From Candidatus Woesearchaeota archaeon (GTDB lineage Archaea > Nanobdellota > Nanobdellia > Woesearchaeales > 0-14-0-80-44-23): a stretch of 64,000 nt of DNA. Below are positions 20,199-30,788 of the stretch, piece after piece (positions within the stretch are counted from its first letter, which is position 1; every line of letters starts with the position of its first letter). The notes beneath the pieces are model-generated. The model was not told the origin of the DNA. It was given only the letters and a program-made list of their open reading frames with translations, and searched no databases. Location: positions 800,001 to 864,000 of the forward strand of contig JAVZCZ010000001.1 of the NCBI GenBank assembly GCA_038874135.1, given 5' to 3'. A program made the position numbers and the translations under genes.

Positions 20199-21359
20199 TT
20201 GGCTAAAAATATTCTTTCTCAAATGAAACTTCCTAACTATAATGGGGGAAGCATTCTGAACCTAATGGCATCTATTCAGAACGCGCTCGGAGGAAAATCA
20301 TTATACCCAGAACTTAGACTGCTTCCCTCATCTAAGCTAGCTAGAAAAAAAATAATCCTTATGATAATTGATGGACTTGGGTTTGAATATCTCAGAAGAA
20401 AGGAGAGCTTCCTTAATTCTCACATAAAAGGAAAAATTACTTCAGTGTTTCCTTCCACAACTGCAGCTGCAATAACAACATTCATGACGGGGCTGGCTCC
20501 TCAGCAGCACGCAGTCCCGGGGTGGTTCACCTTTATAAAAGAAGCTGGCGAGGTTGCAATAGTTTTTCCATTCACTACAAGAACTTCTAAGATTCCACTT
20601 CAGAAGAAAGGCCTTACATTTTCCCAAGTTATAGATGTGGACTCCATTTCAAGGAGAATAAGATTCCCTGTAATTTACATCTCTAAAAGTGAGCTTGCCA
20701 GAAGTGGATACACTCGCAGAATGCAGTTTAGTAAGCGGATTGGAGTTTCAAATTTCAGGGAGTTCATATCTAAAATCAGAAAGCAGAGCAATACTAAAGT
20801 GAGGAAGTTGATAATTGCTTACTGGCCCGATTTTGATGCGGTGTGCCACAAACACGGCGTGGAGAGTAAGAATGCTTCTCAGGTTTTCCAGCAAATAGCT
20901 TCAGGGATTAAGAATTTGACTGCTAAGCTTCCGAAGGATTGCGTGCTCATAATAACTTCTGATCACGGCTTAATAGATGCTGAGAAGACAATTCTTTTAG
21001 ATGAGCATCCAAGGCTTAAAGAGTGCCTGAAACTTCCGCTTTGCGGAGAGACGAGGGTAGTGTACTGTTATGTTCATCCTTCAAAGAAGAGCGAGTTTGA
21101 AAGGTATGTCAAGAGCAGAATGCAGAGGTACTGCCAACTCTACACCAGCAGGGACATACTTTCAAGGCACTTCTTCGGACCGTTTAAGCCGAATCCCAAG
21201 CTTAAAAGCAGGATTGGCGACTACATTCTAATTATGAAGGGCAGGTATGCCATGCGTGACATTCTAAATGAGGAAGAAAAAAGAACTAAACTAATTGGCA
21301 ACCACGGAGGAGTTTCTAAGGAGGAAATGTACATTCCGCTAGTACTCTTTCAGAGTTAA
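20199..21359 (+). CDS. Alkaline phosphatase superfamily / nucleotide pyrophosphatase
   Basis: IDGLG, SVFPSTT, D…H..G, TSDHG, GNHGG. Confidence 0.9.
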   Translation: MAKNILSQMKLPNYNGGSILNLMASIQNALGGKSLYPELRLLPSSKLARKKIILMIIDGLGFEYLRRKESFLNSHIKGKITSVFPSTTAAAITTFMTGLAPQQHAVPGWFTFIKEAGEVAIVFPFTTRTSKIPLQKKGLTFSQVIDVDSISRRIRFPVIYISKSELARSGYTRRMQFSKRIGVSNFREFISKIRKQSNTKVRKLIIAYWPDFDAVCHKHGVESKNASQVFQQIASGIKNLTAKLPKDCVLIITSDHGLIDAEKTILLDEHPRLKECLKLPLCGETRVVYCYVHPSKKSEFERYVKSRMQRYCQLYTSRDILSRHFFGPFKPNPKLKSRIGDYILIMKGRYAMRDILNEEEKRTKLIGNHGGVSKEEMYIPLVLFQS

Positions 21360-21360
21360 G

Positions 21361-23289
21361 CTAAATGATGTCTACTTCTCTTATACAATCCTGCACAAGT
21401 GCTTGGCAGTCGTCCATAAGGTTTATTACTTCCTGGTTCTGAGACGCTTTCCTAATCTGCCTTATCCTGTCTATAATCTGTCTGAAGAATCTTATCAAGT
21501 CCCCTTCAGGCATGCTAGTGTTGTCTATTATGAAGAATATATCCTTCTTGTTATAGCAGGGGTAGAGCAGCGCATTAACCTCGTCTATTGCTCTAAACCT
21601 TTTTTCTTTCTTCATCCAGCCGCTCTCTGAAATTCTATGCTTAAGATTGCTTGCAGATTTATTTTTGAAAAGGTTCTTAAATTCAATCTTGTCAGAGCCC
21701 TCATACGCTAAGCACCCTAAGATTAGGAGCACCTGGTAAAGGTTAAGGCGCTTGTAAAAGTTCGTGCCGAATATCTCGCTAGTGATTATCTCATCTGAAT
21801 AAATCTTGGAAGCAAATTCCCCCTTGTCCGTAAGCCCCCCTTCATATATGTAGCCCATCCTTTCAAGCTTTTTCCTTATCCTGTCAAAGGCGTTGTGGCT
21901 CCTGTAATTTCTCATGAGTCTGAACCTTTCACCGTATTGCTGGTATGAACTGAAGCTCTTGCAGAGTATCTCCTGAATTTCCTCTTCGTTGTGATTCTTT
22001 ATAAGATTTAGAACTGTGTTGACAGAAAGGCGAAACTGGGAAACTATGGGATCCTTATCCTCATCAGTTATCTCCTTGAACTTCTTGTAATCAAAGTCGC
22101 GCCGGTCTATCAGCACATAAGCATAACCTTCCTTGTCAATCCCGCGCCTGCCAGCCCTGCCTGCAATCTGAAAATATTCCTTAGATGTTAGATACCTAAA
22201 CTGTATGCCATCATACTTTCTCATTGATTCAAAACAAACCATCTTAGCAGGCATGTTTATGCCTACTGCAAAGGTTTCAGTCACATACAAAACATTTATC
22301 CATCCCTTAGCGAAAAGCTCTTCAACCAACTCTTTAATTACAGGAAGCTCTCCAGCGTGGTGAAAGCCTATGCCGTACGGAAGGGTTCTTCTAAGAATCT
22401 GAGTAGTTTCCAGCTGGCTAACCTCAGGAGGTGCCTGTGCTAATTTCTTTGCTACATACTCTGAAATCTGCGGGTTTGCCTTGAACACATTAGCTTCAGT
22501 AAGCTCTAATGCCATCTTCTGGCAGAGGCTTCTTGAGAAAACGAAGAACAAGCAGGGAATCTTATCTTTAAGGTCCTTAATAACCTGCACGTGGTCTGGC
22601 TTCTGCACAAGATTTCTCTTCTTTTGCTTTCCATGCCCCCGCATAATCCTGTGATAGTCAGGCGCTTCTACAATGTCTCTAACCTCTTCCAGAGTGCAGA
22701 CTCCAAGCTGAAAGTCATAAAAGCCCCTTCTGAGCGGCACCGGCCTAACTGTGTGCTTTATTACTTCCACCTTATGCCCCTTTATCGCTTCAATCCAGGC
22801 TGCGAACTGTTCAGCATTCGGAATTGTTGCAGACAAGCAGAGAAATCTTATGTTTGGCGGGGAAAATATGATTGACTCCTCCCAAACATATCCCCTTTCA
22901 AAATCGTTTATGTAGTGAATCTCATCAAGAACAACATATGAGACCTCTTCTATCATTGGATCCCTTGACAGAACCATGTTGCGATATACTTCAGTAGTCA
23001 TTATCAGGATTGGCGCATTTGGGTTTCTGACTATGTCTCCAGTCATTAAGCCTATGTTTTCTTCTCCGTAATCATTTGAGAACTCCCTATATTTCTGGTT
23101 GGAAAGTGCCTTTATCGGAGCAGTATATATAACCCTTATGCCCCTCTTTAAGTCCCTTCCAATAATGTAGTCTGCAATTAGAGTCTTCCCAGAACCAGTA
23201 GGCGCAGATACAACTACTGAATGGTTTGAGTCAATAGCTCTTATGGCGTCTTCTTGAAACTTGTCTAATCTAAGCCCTTTATATTCCAT
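21361..23289 (-). CDS. Ski2/HelY-like DEAD/DEAH RNA helicase
   Basis: APTGSGKT, PIKALSNQK, DEIH, SAT, TETFAVGINMPA, QIAGRAGRRG. Confidence 0.92.
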   Translation of the reverse strand: MEYKGLRLDKFQEDAIRAIDSNHSVVVSAPTGSGKTLIADYIIGRDLKRGIRVIYTAPIKALSNQKYREFSNDYGEENIGLMTGDIVRNPNAPILIMTTEVYRNMVLSRDPMIEEVSYVVLDEIHYINDFERGYVWEESIIFSPPNIRFLCLSATIPNAEQFAAWIEAIKGHKVEVIKHTVRPVPLRRGFYDFQLGVCTLEEVRDIVEAPDYHRIMRGHGKQKKRNLVQKPDHVQVIKDLKDKIPCLFFVFSRSLCQKMALELTEANVFKANPQISEYVAKKLAQAPPEVSQLETTQILRRTLPYGIGFHHAGELPVIKELVEELFAKGWINVLYVTETFAVGINMPAKMVCFESMRKYDGIQFRYLTSKEYFQIAGRAGRRGIDKEGYAYVLIDRRDFDYKKFKEITDEDKDPIVSQFRLSVNTVLNLIKNHNEEEIQEILCKSFSSYQQYGERFRLMRNYRSHNAFDRIRKKLERMGYIYEGGLTDKGEFASKIYSDEIITSEIFGTNFYKRLNLYQVLLILGCLAYEGSDKIEFKNLFKNKSASNLKHRISESGWMKKEKRFRAIDEVNALLYPCYNKKDIFFIIDNTSMPEGDLIRFFRQIIDRIRQIRKASQNQEVINLMDDCQALVQDCIREVDII

Positions 23290-23313
23290 TCTAACATGTT
23301 AATAGAGAACTGC

Positions 23314-23640
23314 TTAATAATGTTTTGCACTTATAACTATAATCTCGTAAGACCTAAGATACGCTTCAGCATTCTTCTTATCCAGCATGGCATAGTACCT
23401 GTTAAGCCGTAAAAATTCTTCTCTTCCAACTCCAAGAGCGCAATATTCCAAAAGGGTTTCTAAGAGATATTCAATATCTTCAATCTTCCTATCATTCGTC
23501 ATTATTATCCTCTCAATTTTAGAATGAACAAAAGGCATTACACTCTCTGCTTTTCTTCTAACATATTCCAGCTTCTTATCAAAACTTTCAAACTTCTCAA
23601 TTCCCGAAAGGTCAAGGCTTGTTATGTCACAGTGCAGCAT
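23314..23640 (-). CDS. Hypothetical protein
   Basis: 108-aa ORF co-oriented with neighbours; TATA-like sequence upstream. Confidence 0.65.
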   Translation of the reverse strand: MLHCDITSLDLSGIEKFESFDKKLEYVRRKAESVMPFVHSKIERIIMTNDRKIEDIEYLLETLLEYCALGVGREEFLRLNRYYAMLDKKNAEAYLRSYEIIVISAKHY

Positions 23641-23678
23641 GCCAGCAAGTTCAAACCCCTCTTATTTAAATTTAATGT

Positions 23679-24560
23679 TCACTGGCCATGCTCCTCTTCA
23701 AACTCCTGTATGAATTTCAGAAGTTCAGCAGCGTCTTCAAACTCCATAAACTCCTTCTTAGTTAGTGAAGGGACATCTTTGGGCTTATGCCTATCCACAA
23801 TTGCTAATCGGGCGGCTCCTATAAGCCTAGATATCCCCGTTAGGACTGGGCTGGGCTTGTCTCCCAGCTTTGTCAGTATGACCTGCTTCTTCTCCCGCTT
23901 GGCAATCAGGTCAAAAGGCATCCGCCGTGTTTCTACAGCGGAAAATCCTAAAGCGGAGTACTTCCTTGCAAAAACAGACCTGGCTTGAGGATATTCTTCT
24001 AAGGGCTTGTTTTCCAGCCCTTCCCTTTTAAATACAGAACTTCCGAATAGTCTGTAAAGCTTTTCAGCCCTGGAGAGTATGATGGAAGACTTGCCAGATT
24101 CGTATTCTAAGACCATCTTTCTTGAAACTCCCAAGTATTCTGACATCTGGCCTATGGAGATTCCTTTCGCAATTCTAGCCTGTCTTAGCTTCTCAGGATC
24201 AATTGTAACAGTAAGTCCTGCCTTGCTCCTCTTTATTACTGCGTTTTCGCCCTTAAGGCAACGCTTCAGCGTTTTAAGGTTCATAGTCGTGATTCCGAAC
24301 CTTTCGTACACCACGCCGTCCTTCAGTAGGGTGCCAGCTTTATTTGCAACTATGATTATGGGCACGTTCAGACAGGAAGATATCTTTCTAAACTCCTCAG
24401 CCTGGACTTCTGAGATTGAATTTGCATCTTCCAAAACCTTTACAAACAGTATCCTCTCAGAGTCCCTGGCAATTATCTCAAATGGGCCGCTTAGAGTTTT
24501 GACTGTGAACCCTTCACTGAGAAGCGCAAGGCTTGCACTTTCAACTATCTGCTTCTGCAT
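23679..24560 (-). CDS. Archaeal XRE-HTH regulator with nuclease-like domains (COG1395-type)
   Basis: LRQARIAKGISIGQMSEYLGVSRKMVLEYE HTH; PFDLIAK. Confidence 0.85.
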   Translation of the reverse strand: MQKQIVESASLALLSEGFTVKTLSGPFEIIARDSERILFVKVLEDANSISEVQAEEFRKISSCLNVPIIIVANKAGTLLKDGVVYERFGITTMNLKTLKRCLKGENAVIKRSKAGLTVTIDPEKLRQARIAKGISIGQMSEYLGVSRKMVLEYESGKSSIILSRAEKLYRLFGSSVFKREGLENKPLEEYPQARSVFARKYSALGFSAVETRRMPFDLIAKREKKQVILTKLGDKPSPVLTGISRLIGAARLAIVDRHKPKDVPSLTKKEFMEFEDAAELLKFIQEFEEEHGQ

Positions 24561-24646
24561 AATAGATATTAAACCGCTGAAGCTTTAAAAATTTGCTCAT
24601 AATTTGGGTTAAATTTATTAAATGCTGACCAATTTTTAGTTTTGAA

Positions 24647-26413
24647 ATGACAAGACTGGCTGTTGTTAAGAAGGAGAACTGCAAGGGCGGCATAGACTGC
24701 CCGTTCCTGTGCATTTCTGCATGTCCAGTAAATAGAACTGGAAAGGAGTGCATAACCAAGATTAATAGGGATGCTAAGGAGAGCAAGATTCAGATAGATG
24801 AGAAGCTGTGTATAGGCTGCGGAATCTGCGTTAAGAGATGCCCCTTTGAAGCAATCTCAATAATTAACCTTCCTGAAGAACTGGATAAAGAGCCAATACA
24901 CAGGTATGGCGCAAACGGATTCGCTCTATACTCCTTGCCAATTCCAATATTCGGAAAGGTTGTTGGGATAGTTGGCAGAAATGGGATTGGAAAGAGCACT
25001 GCAGTAAGAATACTTGCCGGCGTTCAGAAGCCAAACCTCGGAACTAATGAAGAGAAGGGCTTTGAGGAGTTGCTCAGATTCTTTAAGGGAACAGAAGCAC
25101 AGCTCTTCTTTGAACAGCTCAGGGATGGACAGATAAAGGCAGCTTATAAGATTCAGAATGTTGAAGCAATCCCAAAGCATTACAAGGGCAGCGTGAGAAA
25201 CCTTCTTGAAAGGGCGGACGAGAAGGGAAGACTTGAAGAGGTTTCCAATCTTCTGGGGCTTTCAAAGATACTGGACAATCAGGTGGACAAGATATCTGGA
25301 GGCGAGCTTCAAAGAGTGGCTATAGCCGCCGCCTCTCTGAAGAATGCCAACCTCTACATCTTTGACGAGCCTTCTTCCTTCTTGGATGTGAAAGAGAGGA
25401 TACGAGTCGCTAAGTTCATAAGAAGCCTGGCTGACGAAAAAACAGCAGTTATAGTTGTAGAACACGACCTCATAATACTTGACTATATGACTGATTTGAT
25501 TCACATAATGTACGGTAAACAGGGCATCTTTGGAACCTTATCCTTGCCCAAGACAACACGGATTGGGATCAACATCTTCTTAGAAGGTTTCCTCAGGGAG
25601 GAGAATATCAAATTTAGGGATTATCCCATAAGGTTTTTCGCAAAGCCGCCCGCAGACATAAGAAGGCAGTCGGAGCTTGTTTCCTGGAGAGGTATAAAGA
25701 AGAGGATTGGAAAATTCTCGCTCTCCGCAGATTCAGGAGCACTATACCTGCATCAGACAGTTGGGGTTCTTGGGGAGAACGGCATTGGAAAAACAACTCT
25801 TGTTAAGATATTTGCCGGAGTTGAAAATGCTGACGATGGGACAATCTCAAAAAAGATAAAAGTTGCATACAAGCCGCAATACCTTGAAGCCGACCAGGAA
25901 CAGCTCGTATCAGAAGTGCTCAAAGCTGCTCTTGAAAAATATTCTGCTGAGCTGATAAACCCGCTGGAGCTTAACAACCTGATTTCAAAGAAGCTGAGTC
26001 AGCTCTCTGGCGGGGAACTTCAGCGTGTGGCAATAGCTGAATGTCTCTCCAAGCAGGCAGATCTATACCTACTAGATGAACCTTCAGCCTACTTAGATGT
26101 GGAACAGCGCATGGCAGCAGCAAAGGTGATAAGGGACTTTGCCGAGCGCACTGGCTCAACAGTATTAGTTGTGGATCATGACTTGATGTTCATAGATTAT
26201 TTAGCAGAGCGCCTGATCGTTTTCAGCGGCACCCCCACAGTGGAGGGCTTCGCCTCTGAGCCGCTCTCAATGCGTGATGGAATGAACGCCTTCCTTTCAG
26301 GGCTGGGAATAACTCTGAGGAGAGACATTGAAACGCTACGGCCTAGGATAAATAAGGAAGATTCCAGGAGAGACAGAGAGCAGAAGGCTGAGGGAAAACT
26401 TTATTACGAATAA
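24647..26413 (+). CDS. rli: Ribosome recycling ATPase ABCE1/Rli1
   Basis: N-terminal Fe-S cysteines (CIGCGICVKRCP), two ABC domains, RPRINK. Confidence 0.97.
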   Translation: MTRLAVVKKENCKGGIDCPFLCISACPVNRTGKECITKINRDAKESKIQIDEKLCIGCGICVKRCPFEAISIINLPEELDKEPIHRYGANGFALYSLPIPIFGKVVGIVGRNGIGKSTAVRILAGVQKPNLGTNEEKGFEELLRFFKGTEAQLFFEQLRDGQIKAAYKIQNVEAIPKHYKGSVRNLLERADEKGRLEEVSNLLGLSKILDNQVDKISGGELQRVAIAAASLKNANLYIFDEPSSFLDVKERIRVAKFIRSLADEKTAVIVVEHDLIILDYMTDLIHIMYGKQGIFGTLSLPKTTRIGINIFLEGFLREENIKFRDYPIRFFAKPPADIRRQSELVSWRGIKKRIGKFSLSADSGALYLHQTVGVLGENGIGKTTLVKIFAGVENADDGTISKKIKVAYKPQYLEADQEQLVSEVLKAALEKYSAELINPLELNNLISKKLSQLSGGELQRVAIAECLSKQADLYLLDEPSAYLDVEQRMAAAKVIRDFAERTGSTVLVVDHDLMFIDYLAERLIVFSGTPTVEGFASEPLSMRDGMNAFLSGLGITLRRDIETLRPRINKEDSRRDREQKAEGKLYYE

Positions 26414-26420
26414 GTTATTG

Positions 26421-26822
26421 TTATTTCAAAACATCTTTATGAGTTATTAGAAAGCAAGAGTTTGCCACTACGCTGATGTTATTCCTTCTGCAAAACTCTA
26501 TTGCTTTTTCAGATTCTGAGCCCGGCTGCATCCAAACCCTCTTTATGCCTAGCTCTTTTGTTTCCTTAACTATCTCTTCTGTAACCGATGGCGGAACTAC
26601 TGTTATTACTATGTCGGGTTTTTCAGGCAGAGACTTCAGGTTGGGATAGCACTTTTCGCCTTCAATTGCATGGCAGTTTGGATTTACTCCGAAAACTTTA
26701 AAGCCCGAATTTCTTAAACTCGCATATACCTTAAATCCCCATTTTTCTTTATTTTCTGAGGCGCCAACAACTGCAAATGTTTTTTTTCTGTCTAAAAATT
26801 CTTCATCCACTTTAAACCTCAT
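26421..26822 (-). CDS. CoA-binding domain protein
   Basis: AVVGAS…VWMQPG. Confidence 0.9.
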   Translation of the reverse strand: MRFKVDEEFLDRKKTFAVVGASENKEKWGFKVYASLRNSGFKVFGVNPNCHAIEGEKCYPNLKSLPEKPDIVITVVPPSVTEEIVKETKELGIKRVWMQPGSESEKAIEFCRRNNISVVANSCFLITHKDVLK

Positions 26823-27183
26823 TGTATTTTTTGTTTGAGCCTTTAAACTTTTCAACAGGATAGCGCTGTTCGTTCTTTTTCATCTTTTTTTCAAAAGCTT
26901 CGGAAAGGTCAATATTATAGCGTTGTGCCATTCTTAGTAGATAAAAGAGGGTGTCTGCCATCTCAAAAGCAATTTCTTCCCGCTTTTTTTCATCCATAAA
27001 CATCTGCCTTATCTCTTCTTCTGACTTAAACCTGAAATGTTCTAATAGTTCAGCTGCTTCTGTGCTTACTCCGATTGCCAGGTTTTTAGCGTCGTGAAAC
27101 TGATCCCAGTCCCGTTCCTCGCAGAAATCTTTTACTCTCTTCTTCATCTCAGCTAAGTTTGTTTTTTCATCCATCTCAATCAC
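26812..27183 (-). CDS. MazG-like nucleotide pyrophosphohydrolase
   Basis: ERDWDQFH..KNLA…EAAELLE…EMAD…KNEQRYP. Confidence 0.92.
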   Translation of the reverse strand: MIEMDEKTNLAEMKKRVKDFCEERDWDQFHDAKNLAIGVSTEAAELLEHFRFKSEEEIRQMFMDEKKREEIAFEMADTLFYLLRMAQRYNIDLSEAFEKKMKKNEQRYPVEKFKGSNKKYNEV

Positions 27184-27650
27184 TCAAATATTAAGAGCGT
27201 CTGCTTATCCCTTTCGCCCTGTTTTAGAGAGTATATCAAACCATACCTCTCAGATGCGCATTTCTCATAAGGTGCGCTCTTGTCATATATTATCCGCCAG
27301 TCCGGCTCTTTCATTTCATACAATACTGCTAAGTATTTGCAGGAAAAGTCCGCTTTTGGCTCTATGCCTTCAACTTCTAAAATCCTTACACGGGTGCTGT
27401 TATTCAGACATCTAAAAAGGTCTGCCGTATCAATCTTTATGTCGTAAAAGTTCGGATCTTCTGAGCAGGTAATTGTTGCACCTCTAATTATCCTTTTTAT
27501 TATTTCAGGAGGGAACATCTCAAGGGTTAATTTGATGAATCTCTCTTTTAGCTCTGGGTCATCTGCAAATTCTTCCTGCCATCCTGAAGTGTTTGTAAGC
27601 TCTGAAAGCTTATTCCTAAGCTCTGTTTCTTCTTGTAAGGTTAGTGTCAT
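27180..27650 (-). CDS. Hypothetical protein
   Basis: 156-aa ORF; first gene of an apparent operon with TATA upstream. Confidence 0.7.
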   Translation of the reverse strand: MTLTLQEETELRNKLSELTNTSGWQEEFADDPELKERFIKLTLEMFPPEIIKRIIRGATITCSEDPNFYDIKIDTADLFRCLNNSTRVRILEVEGIEPKADFSCKYLAVLYEMKEPDWRIIYDKSAPYEKCASERYGLIYSLKQGERDKQTLLIFE

Positions 27651-27804
27651 GCAGCTGGTTTTTTCTTCGCATTATTTAAACTTTGCCTGAAACTTTCCGA
27701 AATCTTAGAAAATTTTCACAGGACATTCGGATTCTGCATTGGACTTCTGAGTGCGTTGAAGATTTAAACTCGTTATTACATTTTCTAATTGAGGTGAGAC
27801 ATTC

Positions 27805-28149
27805 ATGAGAGAAAATCTTAAGCAGCTTATGTTGAAGCTTAAAGAGTTTCAGACTGCAAGGGTCAGAATAAATGATAAACATTTTGAAATAAAAAGGGTA
27901 TCTTAGATGTTTATACGAATAGGCAAGGTTATTCTTGACTTTAATGAATATAGAAAAAGAGTTTCAACACTTAAAAAATTCCTGAGTTTAGAACTTAAGA
28001 GCATTTTCAGCAACTACGGTTTTGAAATAAGACAACTTGAATCGCGAAGCTCATACGACCAGCTTATTATGAATATGATTAATCAAGAGTTGGAAATTAG
28101 CGTAAAGATTAAGATGCAAAGATACAAAAAAGAGAATCTGGAAGAATAG
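27805..28149 (+). pseudogene. Hypothetical ORF split by an in-frame TAG (27904-27906), or two abutting small ORFs
   Basis: GAGGTGA RBS, ATG 27805, 33 codons, TAG, then ATG 27907 in the same frame (80 aa). Confidence 0.5.
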
Positions 28150-28165
28150 CTAACAGCTTCAAAAA

Positions 28166-28915
28166 CTAACCCTCTTTAAAGTGGTTTAGAGTCGCCTGAT
28201 TTTTCTTTAAATGCTCAAAAAACCTTGGAGGTTCAACCCGTCTAAACTCAAAGCCTAACTCCTTAAGCATGTGCTCAGCATTCTTACTTATTGAAGGCGC
28301 AGCTAGAATTCCCCTTACTCTCTGAAGCCCCTTATCCCTCCTTATCTTGTCCACATAGCGCGCAAGCTGCGAAACCGCTTTAAAATCAGCAGAGTACCTC
28401 TTCGCTTCAACAACCACTAAAACATTTTCAGAATCGTAACCAAACACATCTATAAAACCATACTTCGTGTGTTCTTCTCTGGAAAGAGGCTTAAAACCTT
28501 TCTCTATAAGCTCCGGATTGCGCATTATCATATCAGACATGTCCCTCTCTGAGCCAACCAACATAAGCTTCTCTCCATCCTGCAAGTTTGAGTGGAATAT
28601 AGAGTATAAGCTCTCCACACTTATATCCAACACTTCCTTTAAAGGAATATTGGAAACTCTAATTTTAATCTCTCCACCTTCAACAGATATGCCGAACTCT
28701 GAACCCTCCTTCATCCAGTTCACAGGAGCTGAGCCGGACGGCTGATGCACCATCATGCTCCCATCAGACTTTATTATGATTATCCTATCACCGGATGCAA
28801 GATAACTTTCAGCCCTGCCAGAATATCTTATTCTACACCTTGCGGTCAGAATTATGCACTCTTTTTTCAGGATGGCCTCCCTCAAATCAGCTGCTGCGCT
28901 TACAAGATTAAGCAT
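28166..28915 (-). CDS. nucS: Mismatch endonuclease NucS/EndoMS
   Basis: YSGRAES, KSDGS..VH, PVNW, GFIDVFG…VVEAKR…QLARY. Confidence 0.95.
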   Translation of the reverse strand: MLNLVSAAADLREAILKKECIILTARCRIRYSGRAESYLASGDRIIIIKSDGSMMVHQPSGSAPVNWMKEGSEFGISVEGGEIKIRVSNIPLKEVLDISVESLYSIFHSNLQDGEKLMLVGSERDMSDMIMRNPELIEKGFKPLSREEHTKYGFIDVFGYDSENVLVVVEAKRYSADFKAVSQLARYVDKIRRDKGLQRVRGILAAPSISKNAEHMLKELGFEFRRVEPPRFFEHLKKNQATLNHFKEG

Positions 28916-28946
28916 AAGGCAAAAATCTCCCTTTCAGAATTTAAAT

Positions 28947-29117
28947 TTATCCCGCTACGTGCACCTTTGAAAAATGTGAGCGGGACCTCTGCCTAACTAT
29001 TACTCCCCTCTTCTCATCAACAAAAACCTCATAGCCTTCAGGAACAGTAAATAAGACATTTTCATCATCCATGCTGTTTATGAGGTCAATCTCCTCTTCA
29101 GAAAGAGGCCTAGCCAT
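28947..29117 (-). CDS. Small hypothetical protein (56 aa), absent from the ORF track
   Basis: AGGTGA RBS; MARPLSEEEIDLINSMDDENVLFTVPEGYEVFVDEKRGVIVRQRSRSHFSKVHVAG*. Confidence 0.6.
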   Translation of the reverse strand: MARPLSEEEIDLINSMDDENVLFTVPEGYEVFVDEKRGVIVRQRSRSHFSKVHVAG

Positions 29118-29122
29118 CTATC

Positions 29123-29317
29123 TCACCTGAACTTAGGACACTTCCTGCACACTTCGGGAGCTTCTTCCCTTTTTGTCTTCTCATTTACCTCTTCGGGACA
29201 ATCAGGAAATGTTCCCTTACACTCGGGAAACCTGCCAGTGCGCATCTCAAATTCCTTCTGCTCAGTTACCCATCTAGGAGTGCCCTTTAACCTCTGTTTG
29301 TGAGTTTTTCTTCCCAT
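29123..29317 (-). CDS. Small Cys-rich hypothetical protein
   Basis: 64 aa; CKGTFPDC…CRKC; GGTGGAG RBS. Confidence 0.7.
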   Translation of the reverse strand: MGRKTHKQRLKGTPRWVTEQKEFEMRTGRFPECKGTFPDCPEEVNEKTKREEAPEVCRKCPKFR

Positions 29318-29459
29318 AAATGCTCCACCCTTCCCACCATAATAATTTTCTTCTTATTAAATCTTTTGATTTTTACTGATTTCATCGCAGGTTTAATATG
29401 AGCACAAATAAATTTAAATATAACATTAAAAACCACAAAACTCTCGAAGAGGTGTTAGG

Positions 29460-30788
29460 ATGCTTTATTTTAGTACTATTCTGGGCAGAAAAATAATTGA
29501 TTCTGCAGAAGAAGAAATAGGCACTCTTGAAGACCTAATCATAATAGATGGAGAAGACGAAGCTGAAGTAGTTGCTCTGGTCTGCAAAAGAAAGACAAGC
29601 CCTTTAAGGATACCGATAAAATTTGTAGATGTTATAGAGCGGGTCATAAAACTTTCAATAAGAAAGGAAAAGGCACTTCTCTTCGGAGAGCCAAATCCGG
29701 ATGAGATTCTTCTAAAAAGTTCAATACTTGACAAGCAGCTCATAGATACTAACGGGGCAAAAATAGTAAGAGTGAATGACATAGCGCTGCTGCATAAGAA
29801 TAATGGCCTCTTTGTTATAGGCGTAGATGCGAGCTTCAAAGGGCTGCTTCGCAGGTTGGGTGTAGGGAGCACAATACCTGCAATTCCCAAGTTTCTTAAG
29901 AAGGGCGGCGAAGTTGAAGTTCCAAATATGATCCCCTGGAAGTTTGTGGCGCCCTTGGAACCAGATCCGAGGCACCTTAAACTTAAAATAGAGCGCGAAA
30001 ACCTGAACAAGATACACCCTGCTGACCTGGCAAACATAATAGGCCAGCTTAGCAGAGAGGAAAGAATTCTGGTAATGAGATCCCTGGATGAAAATGTAGC
30101 TGCAGAAGCTCTTGCAGAGGCAGATCCGGGAATTCAAAAGTCGTTGCTTGAAGAGATGAAGCTCAAGAGGATAAAAGACATTCTGGATAAGATGAGCGCT
30201 GACGAGATAGCAGACCTGCTCTCAATAAGCAACAGGGAAAAAGCAGAAGAAATTTTATCCCTGCTAAAACCTGAAATCTCAGCACAGGTTAAGCAGATAA
30301 TGCAGTATCCTGAAAACACTGCTGGAGCTATGATGTCCACCGACTTCATCTCAGTGCAGATGAATATGACAGCCCAGGAGGTTATTGAAAAGATGAGGAA
30401 GCGTGCTCCCAACAGCTCCCAAATCTACTATATTTATGTGGTGGATTCTAAAGGAAAGCTGGTTGGAGTTCTCTCAATACGCAGCCTGCTCATAGCAAAT
30501 CCTAAAAAGAAGGTAGCTGACTTTATGAATACAGAAATTGCTAAGGTAGAAGTAACTTCTCCAAAACAGCACATAGCAAAGCTCCTATCAAAATACAACC
30601 TACTTGCCCTCCCAGTGGTTGATTCGGAAGGAGTTTTAAAAGGAATAGTCACTGCGCACGATGTGGTTGATGAGCTCATGCCTGATTCTTGGGATAAGAA
30701 GGATCTAAAAAGACAAAGGGTAATCAGCAATGGTACAAAAGATAAATCCTCTAAAAAGAAGGGCCGGGGAGAAAAAGCAAAGAAGTGA
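29460..30788 (+). CDS. PRC-barrel + MgtE intracellular N-domain + CBS pair protein
   Basis: HPADLA…, YPENTAGAMM, LLALPVVD; no TM domain. Confidence 0.88.
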   Translation: MLYFSTILGRKIIDSAEEEIGTLEDLIIIDGEDEAEVVALVCKRKTSPLRIPIKFVDVIERVIKLSIRKEKALLFGEPNPDEILLKSSILDKQLIDTNGAKIVRVNDIALLHKNNGLFVIGVDASFKGLLRRLGVGSTIPAIPKFLKKGGEVEVPNMIPWKFVAPLEPDPRHLKLKIERENLNKIHPADLANIIGQLSREERILVMRSLDENVAAEALAEADPGIQKSLLEEMKLKRIKDILDKMSADEIADLLSISNREKAEEILSLLKPEISAQVKQIMQYPENTAGAMMSTDFISVQMNMTAQEVIEKMRKRAPNSSQIYYIYVVDSKGKLVGVLSIRSLLIANPKKKVADFMNTEIAKVEVTSPKQHIAKLLSKYNLLALPVVDSEGVLKGIVTAHDVVDELMPDSWDKKDLKRQRVISNGTKDKSSKKKGRGEKAKK

